A stretch of 39,145 bases of DNA from Calditrichaceae bacterium (GCA_050178385.1 JBFXGD010000015.1:1-39145); one strand, 5' to 3'; positions 8,447 to 19,350 are shown, numbered from the stretch's first letter. A program made the numbers and translations. Notes: a model not told the origin generated them from the letters alone.

Positions 8447-8896
8447 GTATAAACTATTCCTTCAATATTTGGATATATCGATTTAATTTAAAGCTAATTC
8501 GCTTAAAGTCAAGCGTAAAAACAATCGACAAAAACTGTTTAAGCTTGAATTAATTATGAATTAATTTACTGATTGATTTTATAACATCCAGTGTAGAAAT
8601 CTCTATTTTAAGAAATTAAATCCGCCGGATACTACTTAGATTATGTTGAATAAATTTAGAATTTCTCCCAACATTTAAATTGACATGCAGGTAAAATTAA
8701 AGTTACAAACATTCTCCGCCTACGGCAACAGATGATTATGAAATACTTTGATTTTCTTAATACAGGGCTATATTACATTAATATAGCAGGGGAAAATGAT
8801 AAAGAAGTTATGGAACACAAAAATAAAAGATATCAATGAAGAGAGATCCGGTGTTTTTGCAAATATTTGCGTGAACAGGTTCCCAATGAGTCTATA

Positions 8897-8925
8897 TTGC
8901 ATTTAACTCACGGTTTCATTAATTT
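8897..8925 (+). promoter_or_regulatory. Putative sigma70 promoter of the lepA operon (TTGCAT-17 nt-TAATTT)
   Basis: Boxes with 17-nt spacing about 35 nt upstream of the lepA ATG. Confidence 0.4.
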
Positions 8926-8958
8926 CATAAGCTATAGACAAATAAAAAAAAGGAATAC

Positions 8959-10764
8959 ATGTATCAGGATTTAATTAGAAATTTTTGCATTATCGCGCAT
9001 ATCGACCACGGGAAATCAACACTGGCCGACCGGCTTCTTGAGTTTACACAGACAATTTCACTTCGGGATCTGAAAGCACAGGTACTGGACAGCATGGATC
9101 TTGAACGGGAGCGCGGGATAACCATTAAATCTCATGCCATCCGCATGAAATATAAAGCAAAAGATAAACAGGAATATACATTCAATTTAATCGATACACC
9201 GGGTCATGTCGATTTTAGCTATGAAGTTTCCAGAAGTCTGGCTGCATGCGAAGGAGCGTTGTTGGTGGTTGACGCTGCCCAGGGTGTCGAAGCCCAAACC
9301 ATAAGCAATCTTTATCTGGCAGTTGAAAACGATCTGCAGATAATTCCGGTGATTAATAAAGTAGATTTACCCGGCGCACAGGTGGAGACTGTCAGGAATC
9401 AGATCATAGAACTGATTGGCTGCGAAGAAGATGAAATACTCCTGACCAGCGCAAAAAGCGGGTTGGGGGTCGAAGCAATCCTTGAAAATATCATAAAGGT
9501 GGTACCTTCGCCCAAGGGTGATCCGAACGAAAAGCTTCAGGCTTTGATTTTTGATTCGATGTTTGACAGTTACCGCGGAGCAGTCGCCTACATCCGGGTG
9601 TTTAACGGAACACTTAAGACCAATGACGCCATAAAATTTTTCCGTCATCATCACCTGTTTAATGCTGATGAAATTGGTATTCTTAAACTAACCCGGGAAC
9701 CAGTATCGGAACTGCGGGCGGGGGAAGTGGGTTACCTGATCTCGGGCGCAAAAGATGTTAAGGACACTAAGGTGGGAGATACTGTCACCCTGGCCAAAGA
9801 TCCCGCTTCAAAGCCGCTTTCGGGTTATAAGGAAGTAAAGCCCATGGTATTTTCGGGTATCTATCCTATTGTGAGTGAAGATTTTGAAGATCTCAGGGAC
9901 GCGTTGGATAAGCTGACATTAAATGATTCAGCCCTGGTTTATGTTCCTGAAACATCAAAAGCTTTGGGATTTGGTTTCCGATGCGGTTTTTTGGGTCTGC
10001 TACACATGGAAATTGTTCAGGAACGTTTAGAACGGGAATACAATTTATCAATTATCAACACTGTCCCGAACGTTGTCTACAAAGTCTATCTGACCAATGG
10101 AAAAGTTAAGGAAATCGATAATCCCACCGAGCTGCCAAATCCGGGTACGATCGAATACATTGAAGAACCGTATATTTCAGCGCAGATTCTTACTCCGCCT
10201 GAATATATCGGAAATATTATGAAATTGGGTCAGGAAAAAAGAGCTGTTTTTAAAAATACGACCTATCTGGATCCAAGCCGGGCGGATATGCATTTCCTGT
10301 TTCCGCTTTCGGAAGTCATCTTTGATTTTTATGATAAACTAAAGTCACATACTCGCGGTTATGCTTCCCTTGATTATGAATTCGATGAATACCGGGAAGG
10401 AAAACTGGTAAAGCTTGATATTCTTATAAACGGCGAACCTTTGGATGCTTTATCCACAATTGTGCATATGGATAAGGCGTACGATTGGGGGCGTCGCCTC
10501 TGCCGCCACCTGAAGGATTTAATTCCGAGACAAATGTTCGAAGTTATTATTCAGGCGGCCATAGGGAGCAAAATTATCGCGCGTGATACTGTTAAACCGC
10601 TGAGAAAAAATGTACTTGCCAAATGTTACGGCGGCGATATCAGCCGGAAACGTAAACTGCTTGAGAAACAAAAAGAAGGTAAAAAACGTATGAAGCAGGT
10701 GGGCCGCGTTGAAATTCCTCAGGAAGCGTTTCTTGCGGTGTTATCGATGAATACTGATAAATAA
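8959..10764 (+). CDS. lepA: Translation elongation factor 4 (LepA)
   Basis: [69 protein letters not shown]. Confidence 0.99.
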   Translation: MYQDLIRNFCIIAHIDHGKSTLADRLLEFTQTISLRDLKAQVLDSMDLERERGITIKSHAIRMKYKAKDKQEYTFNLIDTPGHVDFSYEVSRSLAACEGALLVVDAAQGVEAQTISNLYLAVENDLQIIPVINKVDLPGAQVETVRNQIIELIGCEEDEILLTSAKSGLGVEAILENIIKVVPSPKGDPNEKLQALIFDSMFDSYRGAVAYIRVFNGTLKTNDAIKFFRHHHLFNADEIGILKLTREPVSELRAGEVGYLISGAKDVKDTKVGDTVTLAKDPASKPLSGYKEVKPMVFSGIYPIVSEDFEDLRDALDKLTLNDSALVYVPETSKALGFGFRCGFLGLLHMEIVQERLEREYNLSIINTVPNVVYKVYLTNGKVKEIDNPTELPNPGTIEYIEEPYISAQILTPPEYIGNIMKLGQEKRAVFKNTTYLDPSRADMHFLFPLSEVIFDFYDKLKSHTRGYASLDYEFDEYREGKLVKLDILINGEPLDALSTIVHMDKAYDWGRRLCRHLKDLIPRQMFEVIIQAAIGSKIIARDTVKPLRKNVLAKCYGGDISRKRKLLEKQKEGKKRMKQVGRVEIPQEAFLAVLSMNTDK

Positions 10765-10798
10765 AGAATAATTAGGCTATGAGGGTTAAGGAGGCATC

Positions 10799-11515
10799 TT
10801 GAGCGAATCCAAAGCAACTCCTAAAAATAGGTTCAGGGATGTTACAGAAGGTCTTGTTGTAGCGTTGCTGGCGGCTTTGATCATCAGACAATTTATTGTT
10901 CAGGCATACACTATTCCCACATCATCTATGGAAGACACGCTCCTGGTGGGCGATTTCCTTTTGGTGAATAAATTTAATTATGGAATGCGCACGCCTGACT
11001 GGATCGGAATACCTTACACAGAAATCGGTTTTGATATGCCCTGGTTTCGCTTGCCCGCAATAAGGCAACCGGAACCTTATGATGTGGTTGTTTTCCGGTA
11101 TCCGGAAAATCCAAGTCTGGATTATATAAAGAGATGTATCGCAAAAGGCGGGCAGGCAGTACAAGTCAAAGATAAAATTGTTTATGTGGATGACCAGGAG
11201 TTCAGAAGACCGCCTTTTTCAAAATATATTGACCGGCATATTTACCAGCGTAATCAGGGTGCCTATATTTTTCCAACATTCATGAGTTTGGGAAGCCGGG
11301 ACAACTATGGTCCGTTGTTAATTCCTGAAGATTCATTCTGGATGATGGGAGATAACCGGGATAATAGTTCTGACAGCAGGCAGTGGGGGTTTGTCACTTA
11401 CGATCATATAGTCGGTGAAGCTTTAATTATCTATTTTTCATGGAATTCAAGACTGCCCTGGACACAATTTTTCAATAAAATTCGTTTTGACCGGATAGGT
11501 ACAGTTATCAGATAA
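10799..11515 (+). CDS. lepB: Signal peptidase I
   Basis: IPTSSMEDTLLVGDFLLVNK (catalytic Ser), YIKRC (Lys), MMGDNRDNSSDSR; TTG start with AAGGAGG; follows lepA. Confidence 0.96.
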   Translation: MSESKATPKNRFRDVTEGLVVALLAALIIRQFIVQAYTIPTSSMEDTLLVGDFLLVNKFNYGMRTPDWIGIPYTEIGFDMPWFRLPAIRQPEPYDVVVFRYPENPSLDYIKRCIAKGGQAVQVKDKIVYVDDQEFRRPPFSKYIDRHIYQRNQGAYIFPTFMSLGSRDNYGPLLIPEDSFWMMGDNRDNSSDSRQWGFVTYDHIVGEALIIYFSWNSRLPWTQFFNKIRFDRIGTVIR

Positions 11516-11566
11516 GAATATTGAGATAATCTATTTGCGGTCAAACCCGGAATGATCATCTTTTAG

Positions 11567-12736
11567 ATGTGTTTAAATATGAAAAAAAATATCAGCCCTT
11601 TTCCGGGTATTTATATACATATTCCATACTGCGATACCAAATGCGGATATTGCGATTTTTATTCCGTCACCAATCATTCCGGCAGAAAACTTTTCATCCC
11701 TTCCCTGATAAAGGAGATTGAGAGTAAGGCCGGGGAAATTCCCGAAGACACAGTCTTTGATACTCTTTATCTCGGCGGCGGCACACCTTCGCTGCTGAGA
11801 CAGGATGAACTGGAACCATTGTTTGAATCTCTGCATAAAAATCTCCATTTTGCCGAAAACACAGAAATTACCATAGAAGCAAATCCTGGTACGATAAGCA
11901 AAGAGAGTTTTCGTCTCTACGGGGCACTAGGGATAAACAGACTGAGTATCGGTATTCAAAGTTTTTCAGATGCTGAACTCAAATTTCTCGGGAGAATTCA
12001 CACCGCCGGACAGGCAATCAATACTGTCAATCTGGCCAGAGAAGAGGATATTCGGAATATAAGCATTGATTTGATTTTTGCGTTACCGGGTCAAACTCTG
12101 AAACAATGGAGACAAAATCTTAAGACGGCGATGAGCCTGAATCCGGAGCACATATCCGCCTACAATCTGATTTTTGAAGAAGGAACCCCTTTTTACACAT
12201 CCATGTTAAACGGAAATATCGTTCCCAAACAGGATGGCGAGGAAAGCCGATTTTTTTCGGAGACGATTCAATTTTTAGCCGAAAAAAAATATGTTCATTA
12301 TGAAATTTCAAATTTTGCGCGGGACGAATCACTTTTCTCGCGTCATAATTATAAATACTGGAACCACACAAATTACCTGGGATTCGGTCCATCGGCTCAT
12401 TCATTCTGGGGACAGAAAAGATGGTCTAATATCCGTTCTGTTGCGCAATATGTGGATGGAATCCAGAAAGGTGAAAGCCCTGAGGTATTTTCTGAAACTT
12501 TGAATACCGAAACTCGGATTTTTGAGAGTATATTTTTAGGTCTGAGAACTTTGTCCGGTGTTGATTTAAACCGGTTTGAGTCGCTTTATAAAACATCATT
12601 CTTAGATTTATACAATAAGATAGTTCAAGATTTGATTGCTGACGGATTCGCCGAGATATCAGGTTCACATTTTCGGCTGACCAGGAAAGGATTATTTATT
12701 TGTGATGAAATATTACCTGCGTTTGCTCCTAATTAG
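11567..12736 (+). CDS. hemW: Radical SAM heme chaperone HemW (HemN-like)
   Basis: YIHIPYCDTKCGYCDF, GGGTPS, EANP, YEISNF, HNYKYW. Confidence 0.9.
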   Translation: MCLNMKKNISPFPGIYIHIPYCDTKCGYCDFYSVTNHSGRKLFIPSLIKEIESKAGEIPEDTVFDTLYLGGGTPSLLRQDELEPLFESLHKNLHFAENTEITIEANPGTISKESFRLYGALGINRLSIGIQSFSDAELKFLGRIHTAGQAINTVNLAREEDIRNISIDLIFALPGQTLKQWRQNLKTAMSLNPEHISAYNLIFEEGTPFYTSMLNGNIVPKQDGEESRFFSETIQFLAEKKYVHYEISNFARDESLFSRHNYKYWNHTNYLGFGPSAHSFWGQKRWSNIRSVAQYVDGIQKGESPEVFSETLNTETRIFESIFLGLRTLSGVDLNRFESLYKTSFLDLYNKIVQDLIADGFAEISGSHFRLTRKGLFICDEILPAFAPN

Positions 12737-14534
12737 TCTTTTGGTGATTCCCGCGGGCATTCCGGAGAACACGCTTCACGCTCAGGCCGCAAACCGGCTG
12801 CAGATTGCAAAAATTCTTGAAAAAGCCGGTCAGTATAAGGACGCGCTCCAGATATATCTGCCCATTTATCATTCGGGAGACCGGTCGGTTCAGGTCATCT
12901 CCGGAATTGAGAACGCGTACAGAGAGTTGTCACGGCACGATGAGCTTATCGAATTTCTAACAGGTCTGACCCGCGACTATCCGGAAAACATCAGTTATCA
13001 GATCAGTCTCGGAACGGCCTGGTTTCTGAATAATCAAAAGGACAAAGCTCTGCAAACCTGGCGGGTTGTGTATGATTCGGAACCTCAGAATATTATGAAT
13101 TACCGGTTAATCGCCTCCGCGATGATTCAATTAAGATTGTATGATCAAGCCATCGAAGTCTATAAACAGGCGATGCAGCGGATGAAAAATCAGGAAATAT
13201 TGTACAGGGAGATAGGGAATCTCTACAGAGCCCAGTTAAATTATGAGCGCGCGGTGGACAATTTTCTTCGTTATTATCGATACGATACAAAGCAGTTTAA
13301 CTATATAAATATCCAGATATTGACGATGTCAAAAGATGATGACGCCGTCGGGAGAATCATCGGAGCGATTACTGATCACACAAATCAATTTGGGAGTGAT
13401 CCCTCTATTGATGAACTTCTGGCCGGAATGTATATAAAGAAAAAGGAATTCGGAAGCGCGTTCAGAATTTACCGACAGCTTGACCAGCAGGATAAAAACC
13501 GCAATTATTTGATCCTTTTTGGAAAAGAAGCGGAAAAAAATCTCGCGTTCGAATATGCCATTCAGGCCTATAATTTATTGTTGAGTGAGAGCGGCGACAA
13601 CCGAAACAAGGATCAGGTTCAGCTAAGTCTCGCAAAATGCTACTATGAATTCGGTGAGGATCTGGGCCGCGGGGGTGACCAGCTAAAGGCGGGCCGGCGT
13701 GTGGAAGAATCCGTCAGGATGCTTGAATCCATCCAAAAACAGGCTGCCCGTCAGGATGTAAAAAGAGATGCCCTTGAACTCCAGGGCGACATCTATCTTG
13801 AATTCTATAATGACACGGATAGAGCGATCGATTTATATTCACTGCTGCTGAAGGAAAATTTACAGGTTCACATCGCCGGACGGGTTAAGATAAAGCTTGG
13901 CCAGTCTTTCCTTATAAAAAATGATCTGAATAAAGCTTCAAAAATATTCCGTTCTGTTAACAATGGTCAGTATGTGAATCAGGCGTTATACTATCTGGCG
14001 GAAATCAGTTTTTACAACGGACAGTTCAGCGGCGCGCGGTCTGAATTTGAACAGTTGATTTCACGCGCGGGAATGAGTGACACGCTGGCCAACAACGCGC
14101 TGGAAAGAATATTTTTTATTGATCAGTATTCCGCCGATTCGTCCGGATTTGCTGAGTTTTCCGCGGCGGAATTGCTTCTTGCGCAGGAGAAGAGATCGGA
14201 AGCGGCTAAAAAATACAATGAACTTTTTTTTGAAAAAAAACAAATCAGTCCGGTGGCCGGGTTAAAAGCCGCATCCATTTACAACAGTCTTAATATGTTG
14301 GATGAAGGCATAGTTGTACTGGAAAGGTTTATTTCAGCCTACGCGGATGATCCGGAAATAGATCAGGCTTTTTTCGCGCTGGCGGGAATATATGCGAGAC
14401 GGACAGACTTTGTGAAGGCGGTTGCCTGTTATCAGCAAATACTTCAGAACTATCCGGGAAGTTTTTATCTTGACGAGGCCAGACGGAATTTACGTGAATT
14501 GACGTCAAACTTGGAAAGTCTAAAAAAACAATGA
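12702..14534 (+). CDS. Exported tetratricopeptide-repeat protein
   Basis: Signal peptide, then repeated TPR-like helices (A...Y..A patterns), ending in a YbgF/BamD-like YQQILQNYPGS. Confidence 0.85.
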   Translation: MMKYYLRLLLISLLVIPAGIPENTLHAQAANRLQIAKILEKAGQYKDALQIYLPIYHSGDRSVQVISGIENAYRELSRHDELIEFLTGLTRDYPENISYQISLGTAWFLNNQKDKALQTWRVVYDSEPQNIMNYRLIASAMIQLRLYDQAIEVYKQAMQRMKNQEILYREIGNLYRAQLNYERAVDNFLRYYRYDTKQFNYINIQILTMSKDDDAVGRIIGAITDHTNQFGSDPSIDELLAGMYIKKKEFGSAFRIYRQLDQQDKNRNYLILFGKEAEKNLAFEYAIQAYNLLLSESGDNRNKDQVQLSLAKCYYEFGEDLGRGGDQLKAGRRVEESVRMLESIQKQAARQDVKRDALELQGDIYLEFYNDTDRAIDLYSLLLKENLQVHIAGRVKIKLGQSFLIKNDLNKASKIFRSVNNGQYVNQALYYLAEISFYNGQFSGARSEFEQLISRAGMSDTLANNALERIFFIDQYSADSSGFAEFSAAELLLAQEKRSEAAKKYNELFFEKKQISPVAGLKAASIYNSLNMLDEGIVVLERFISAYADDPEIDQAFFALAGIYARRTDFVKAVACYQQILQNYPGSFYLDEARRNLRELTSNLESLKKQ

Positions 14535-15790
14535 AAAAAATCATTTTTTACATGCTGATATTATTCATGGGTAAATTTTCTTTTGCCCAGTACATATTGG
14601 TTCCGATGGATTTGTCGCAAACCGATCATCTAAAAGCCTATGGTGTTGCCTACTGGGTTTTAAAACACGATGTAACCATTGAATGGCTTCTGAACTATCG
14701 GGGGGGATCTTTCCTGTTCACCGGTAGCCAGGGTTTTGAAAATGAATGCCGCGTCAGGGGCGTGAAATTCGAATCGGTTTCCGCTGGCGAGGTTAGCCGG
14801 ATTTATTCGGAACTTGAAGAAAATAATATGGAAAAAATCCTGCTTGAGAAAGCGCCGAAAATTGCCGTTTACACACCACCGGGATTTCAGCCCTGGGATG
14901 ACGCGGTTACGCTGGCCATGGTTTATGCCGAAATCGATTATGATAAAATTTATGATAAAGAAGTTTTGAGCGGTGTGCTTAGTCAATACGACTGGCTGCA
15001 TCTCCACCATGAAGATTTTACCGGGCAATACGGAAAATTCTGGAGCAGTTTCAGGAATGAAACCTGGTATATTAAGCAACAACTGGAAGCGGAAAAACTG
15101 GCGGCGGAACTAGGATATGCTAAGGTAAGCAAAGAAAAAGGGGCTGTCGCGAGAGAAATAAGGCGCTATGTGGGTGAGGGGGGATTTCTTTTCGCCATGT
15201 GCTCGGCGACCGACGCCCTGGATATCGCACTTTCAGCGGAATCAACCGATATATGCGCTTCTGTATTTGACGGTGATCCGGTGGATCCAAATTTTGAAAA
15301 AAAACTCGATTTTACAAAAACACTTGCCTTCGAAAATTTTAAACTTATCTCAGACCCCGCAATTTATGAGTTTTCCGATATTGATATCCCGTCGAGCAAT
15401 ATGCCTCGTGTGCGTGATCCGGAAACAGATTATTTTTCCTTGTTTGAATTTTCGGCAAAATACGATCCTGTGCCAACCATGCTCACCCAGAATCATGTCA
15501 ATGTTGTGAAGGGTTTCATGGGACAAACAACTATGTTCAGAGAGGAAAAGATCAAACCTTCTGTGACGATAATGGGCAAAATTGAAGGTACAAATGAAGT
15601 TAAGTATTTGCATGGTAACTTCGGGAAAGGGACTTTTACATTTTACGGGGGCCACGACCCTGAAGATTACACACATCAGGTTGGCGATCCACAGACGGAT
15701 CTCTCCCTGCATAAAAACTCACCGGGATACCGTTTAATTTTAAACAATGTCCTCTTCCCGGCGGCGAAAAAGAAAAAGCTGAAGACATAA
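14531..15790 (+). CDS. Exported conserved protein with class I glutamine-amidotransferase-like fold (family often labelled 'asparagine synthetase B' in FCB genomes)
   Basis: Signal peptide; HLKAYG, WLLNYRGGSF, PWDDAVT, DWLHLHHEDFTGQYGKF, GGFLFAMCSA, GGHDPEDY. Confidence 0.75.
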   Translation: MKKIIFYMLILFMGKFSFAQYILVPMDLSQTDHLKAYGVAYWVLKHDVTIEWLLNYRGGSFLFTGSQGFENECRVRGVKFESVSAGEVSRIYSELEENNMEKILLEKAPKIAVYTPPGFQPWDDAVTLAMVYAEIDYDKIYDKEVLSGVLSQYDWLHLHHEDFTGQYGKFWSSFRNETWYIKQQLEAEKLAAELGYAKVSKEKGAVAREIRRYVGEGGFLFAMCSATDALDIALSAESTDICASVFDGDPVDPNFEKKLDFTKTLAFENFKLISDPAIYEFSDIDIPSSNMPRVRDPETDYFSLFEFSAKYDPVPTMLTQNHVNVVKGFMGQTTMFREEKIKPSVTIMGKIEGTNEVKYLHGNFGKGTFTFYGGHDPEDYTHQVGDPQTDLSLHKNSPGYRLILNNVLFPAAKKKKLKT

Positions 15791-15799
15791 GGAGAATCT

Positions 15800-16198
15800 T
15801 TGAACACATTATCTATCAGAACCGAAAGTCGGACAGGCTTCATCGATATTACAGGGAAAATTCAGCTGATCGTAAAGGAAACTAACATGATCAGCGGAAT
15901 GGTCACGATTTTTATTCCGCATACAACAGCAGCGGTAACGATAAATGAAAACGCGGATCCGGATGTCCAGAGAGATATGCTTTATGAGATCAATAAAATT
16001 GTACCATATGATGATGGATATCATCACGGTGAGGGAAATTCCGCCGCGCATATCAAATCGTCTATGTTCGGAGCATCTGAAACCATTATTGTTGAGAACG
16101 GGCAATTACAACTCGGAACATGGCAGGGGATCTATTTTTGTGAATTTGACGGACCACGGAATCGAAAAATTTGGGTAAAATTTATAAAAACTGAATGA
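15800..16198 (+). CDS. yjbQ: YjbQ/UPF0047 family protein
   Basis: PHTTAAVTINENADPDV, HGEGNSAAHIKSS, LGTWQGIYFCEFDGPR; TTG start with AAGGAG. Confidence 0.95.
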   Translation: MNTLSIRTESRTGFIDITGKIQLIVKETNMISGMVTIFIPHTTAAVTINENADPDVQRDMLYEINKIVPYDDGYHHGEGNSAAHIKSSMFGASETIIVENGQLQLGTWQGIYFCEFDGPRNRKIWVKFIKTE

Positions 16199-16299
16199 AT
16201 ATTGATTTTTTTGCGGTTGTAATTAAATAAAACTTGCCCGATTCCTGAAATGATGATATTTTACTCATTCTTGCTGGTTTATCATAAAGGAGCTTATGA

Positions 16300-17628
16300 A
16301 TGCTGGACCAAACTGTAGAAATATTTATCTCGCGGTTAAAAACGATTGTTCTTACTGATCAGAAGATGACTTCGATTCCGCTTGCTTATTTAAAAACCCT
16401 TGATCTGCCGGAATCAATTAAACATTTTTTTGATCAGGAAGTTGAACTCTGGATTCGTGAAGAGGAAGAAAAATTCACCACTACCGAACGTTTTGATTAT
16501 GATATGCCCGAAGTACGAATGCTAATTGATCAGATTTTCGACTATCTGAAGCAAAACGCGTATTTCCATGTGAATAAATTTAATCAATTGCTTGAACGGG
16601 CGGTGAAACTCGAAATGAATTATCTTATTGAACCGCACAGGACTCTGAGTCAGTTTCTTTTTCGTAACAGCCCGATTGTCTCCACTATGGAAGTGTATGA
16701 TACACTTAAATATTTTTTCAGATATGAATATTATAAAAACGCGATTTCAGATTACTTCAATATGAAGTACATGCGTGAGATTTCGGAAGATCAGTTTGTC
16801 GAGCTGATCGATCAGATCGATGAAAAGGCATTCTCCGAAAATCGCGTCGAAACGACTCTTAAAACTCTTAAAACCATTGTATCATTTATTGGTGAAGCCC
16901 GTCAGGAGCAACTGGAAAATCTGTCACTTGATGTACTCTCCGCCGCTCTGAAAGACCGTAATTTAAATGATTTTGTAAGTTTGGTAGAGCGCGTCAAGAC
17001 TGAAACCGAATTATCGGAACTCACCTTTAATGAAATTGAAAGTATGCTGCGCGACGGGATCATTCCGGGAATGGAAAAAGAAGAAGAGGACGCGACCGAA
17101 GTTACCGGATATGATCAGGTTGAAGATATAGAAACAAGCAAACCCGAAATTGCGGTGGATAGTATTGAAGTACATGAAATGCAGGTGGATAAGGTAAAGC
17201 TGGAAGAGGAAGAAGAAGAGGAAGAAGAGGAAGAAGAGGAAATTCCCGCAACACCGGCGGCGGTGCAGGTACCTGAAGATAAATCAAAGGGTAAAGTAGC
17301 AGATGATCTGGCAGCTCATGTCGCCCGTCAAATTATGTCCGACACTCCGCTTGAAGATCTAAATACGATGATCAAGGGACGAGCCAGGCGAAAAATTCTC
17401 AAAAAACTCTTCAGTAAGAAAGAAAATGAATTTCTGAACTTTATAAATACAATTAATGAACTTTCGACATGGAAAGATGCTTCGCATGTGATTGATGATG
17501 AGTTTTATAATCGCAGCATAAATCCTTACTCGAAGGAAGCCATTGCTTTGAGTGACATCATCTATATGCGCTTTTTCCCGAAAGATAAATATGTCGGTGA
17601 AAAAAGCGATGACATGGCTTTTGATTAA
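16300..17628 (+). CDS. Acidic hypothetical protein (442 aa): helical N-domain, Glu-rich linker with 13 consecutive Glu, small C-terminal domain
   Basis: Long ORF with SD AAGGAG and its own terminator; poly-E at 17203-17241. Confidence 0.85.
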   Translation: MLDQTVEIFISRLKTIVLTDQKMTSIPLAYLKTLDLPESIKHFFDQEVELWIREEEEKFTTTERFDYDMPEVRMLIDQIFDYLKQNAYFHVNKFNQLLERAVKLEMNYLIEPHRTLSQFLFRNSPIVSTMEVYDTLKYFFRYEYYKNAISDYFNMKYMREISEDQFVELIDQIDEKAFSENRVETTLKTLKTIVSFIGEARQEQLENLSLDVLSAALKDRNLNDFVSLVERVKTETELSELTFNEIESMLRDGIIPGMEKEEEDATEVTGYDQVEDIETSKPEIAVDSIEVHEMQVDKVKLEEEEEEEEEEEEEIPATPAAVQVPEDKSKGKVADDLAAHVARQIMSDTPLEDLNTMIKGRARRKILKKLFSKKENEFLNFINTINELSTWKDASHVIDDEFYNRSINPYSKEAIALSDIIYMRFFPKDKYVGEKSDDMAFD

Positions 17629-17651
17629 TCCAAGTTTATTTTGTAAATATC

Positions 17652-17681
17652 AAGAGATCACATTGTGGTCTCTTTTTTTTT
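17652..17681 (+). terminator. Intrinsic terminator
   Basis: AAGAGATCAC-ATT-GTGGTCTCTT hairpin followed by a T-run. Confidence 0.8.
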
Positions 17682-17703
17682 ATTTAAATGAGTATTTGCG
17701 GAC

Positions 17704-18540
17704 ATGAATAAAATTTTGATACTAGGGGCCGGGAAAGTAGGCACCTCATTAAATATCGCGTTGAGATCGACGGGGTACAGCCACGTCTTAATGGCAGGCC
17801 GCCAGGGTGAAAAAGATTCTGAACACGGGACTGATTATCATGCCGGATTATCAAATGAGTTATTAGCGCATGTGGACTTAATCTTCATCTGTGTACAGGA
17901 TTCAAAAATCGCGGATACTGTAAATGAGCTCCGGCCATTTAACCTATCCGGCAAAAAGATTGTCCATACTTCCGGCGCTTATGATTCGCGAATTCTTGAT
18001 CCTCTGCGCGGAAAAGACGCTAAGACAGGCAGTTTTCATCCCATTCAGACCTTTCCGAAAAAATCACTCCCTTTAAAGATTTGGAACGGGATTGTCTGCA
18101 CTTATGAAGGTGATAAGGAAAACCGGCAAATCCTGTCAGAAATATGTACACGATTCAACGCGCGGTTGTTGCCGGTCACACCTGAGCAAAAAACAGCGCT
18201 GCATCTGGCAGCCGTCGTTTCGGCAAATTATATGGTGGCTCTGTTTTCCTGGGCAGAAAACATAATCAGTGACGCAGGTATAAAAAAACCGCCTGCCAAC
18301 GAGATTCTTGGCAATATTATAGAACAGGTTGCCAAAAACTATAAAGATAAATCCGCAGAAAATATACTCACGGGTCCTCTTGCCAGGGGAGATTCAGAAA
18401 CAATTGAAAAACATTTGGACTATTTGAAGAAGAATTATCCGGCAAAGTATTCGCTGTTATATAAAAAAATGGCGGAACTGTTATTGGATGACCGGAGATT
18501 CAATATTCCCAATAGGGACAAACTGGAGAAGTTATTATAA
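17704..18540 (+). CDS. Rossmann-fold + DUF2520 oxidoreductase (PanG-like candidate ketopantoate reductase)
   Basis: GAGKVG, VHTSGA, FHPIQTF, HLAAVVSANY, LTGPLARGD..TIEKH. Confidence 0.85.
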   Translation: MNKILILGAGKVGTSLNIALRSTGYSHVLMAGRQGEKDSEHGTDYHAGLSNELLAHVDLIFICVQDSKIADTVNELRPFNLSGKKIVHTSGAYDSRILDPLRGKDAKTGSFHPIQTFPKKSLPLKIWNGIVCTYEGDKENRQILSEICTRFNARLLPVTPEQKTALHLAAVVSANYMVALFSWAENIISDAGIKKPPANEILGNIIEQVAKNYKDKSAENILTGPLARGDSETIEKHLDYLKKNYPAKYSLLYKKMAELLLDDRRFNIPNRDKLEKLL

Positions 18541-18542
18541 AA

Positions 18543-19340
18543 ATGATGAAATGTGATTATCATATTCATACAAAGTTATGTAAACACGCAGAAGGTGAAA
18601 TGGAGGCTTATGTTGAGCGGGCTATTGAAAAGGGCCTGAAAGAAATTGCCTTTACGGATCACATACCTCTGCCGGATCAATTCGACATTGCTCACCGCAT
18701 GTCGCTTCAGGAAATAGATTTGTATCTAGAAAGAATTTTTGAATTAAAAAACCAGTACCCGGAAATTATAATTAAGGCGGGAATTGAGGCGGATTATTAC
18801 GAAGGTTTTGAATCGTTCCTGGAAAAAATATTATCATCCCGCCCGTTCGATATTGTAATTATGTCCGTTCATTTTATCAGGGGCTGGGATAACGGAAACT
18901 GGGCGTTTAAGTACGATTTCCCGGGAAAAAGTATGGAGCAAATTTATTCGGAATATCTGAATGCCGTGATGAAAGGAATCAAAACAGGGTTATTTGATAT
19001 TGTGGGTCATCTTGATCTGATCAAATCAACGGGTCACCCTTTGCTTGAAACCAATCAAAATGAAGTTGAAATGGTTTTAAAACTTGTGAATGAGAAAAAT
19101 ATGGCAGTTGAACTGAACACATCGGGTCTGCGGAAAAAAATCGGTGAAGTCTATCCCGACTTGTCCTTTCTGCCACTTCTGGATGTCAATAATATTGCTG
19201 TTACCCTGGGATCGGATGCGCATAAGCCGGAAGATACGGGATTTTATTTTGATGAGATCCTTGCTAAACTTTCAGAATTCCGGAATCTCAGGCCCGTAGT
19301 ATTTGACAAAAGAAAAATGATCAAGGATATCAAAATATAA
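18543..19340 (+). CDS. PHP-family histidinol-phosphatase (HisJ/HisK type)
   Basis: DYHIHT..CKHA, FTDH, GIEAD, SVH, GHLDLIK, ELNTSGLRK, GSDAH. Confidence 0.85.
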   Translation: MMKCDYHIHTKLCKHAEGEMEAYVERAIEKGLKEIAFTDHIPLPDQFDIAHRMSLQEIDLYLERIFELKNQYPEIIIKAGIEADYYEGFESFLEKILSSRPFDIVIMSVHFIRGWDNGNWAFKYDFPGKSMEQIYSEYLNAVMKGIKTGLFDIVGHLDLIKSTGHPLLETNQNEVEMVLKLVNEKNMAVELNTSGLRKKIGEVYPDLSFLPLLDVNNIAVTLGSDAHKPEDTGFYFDEILAKLSEFRNLRPVVFDKRKMIKDIKI

Positions 19341-19350
19341 GGAATAAGGT

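Noticed and set aside
8732..8906. Short plus-strand ORFs (35-36 aa) upstream of lepA
   Set aside because: Weak or poorly spaced SD, no recognisable motif; expected by chance, so not listed as CDS.
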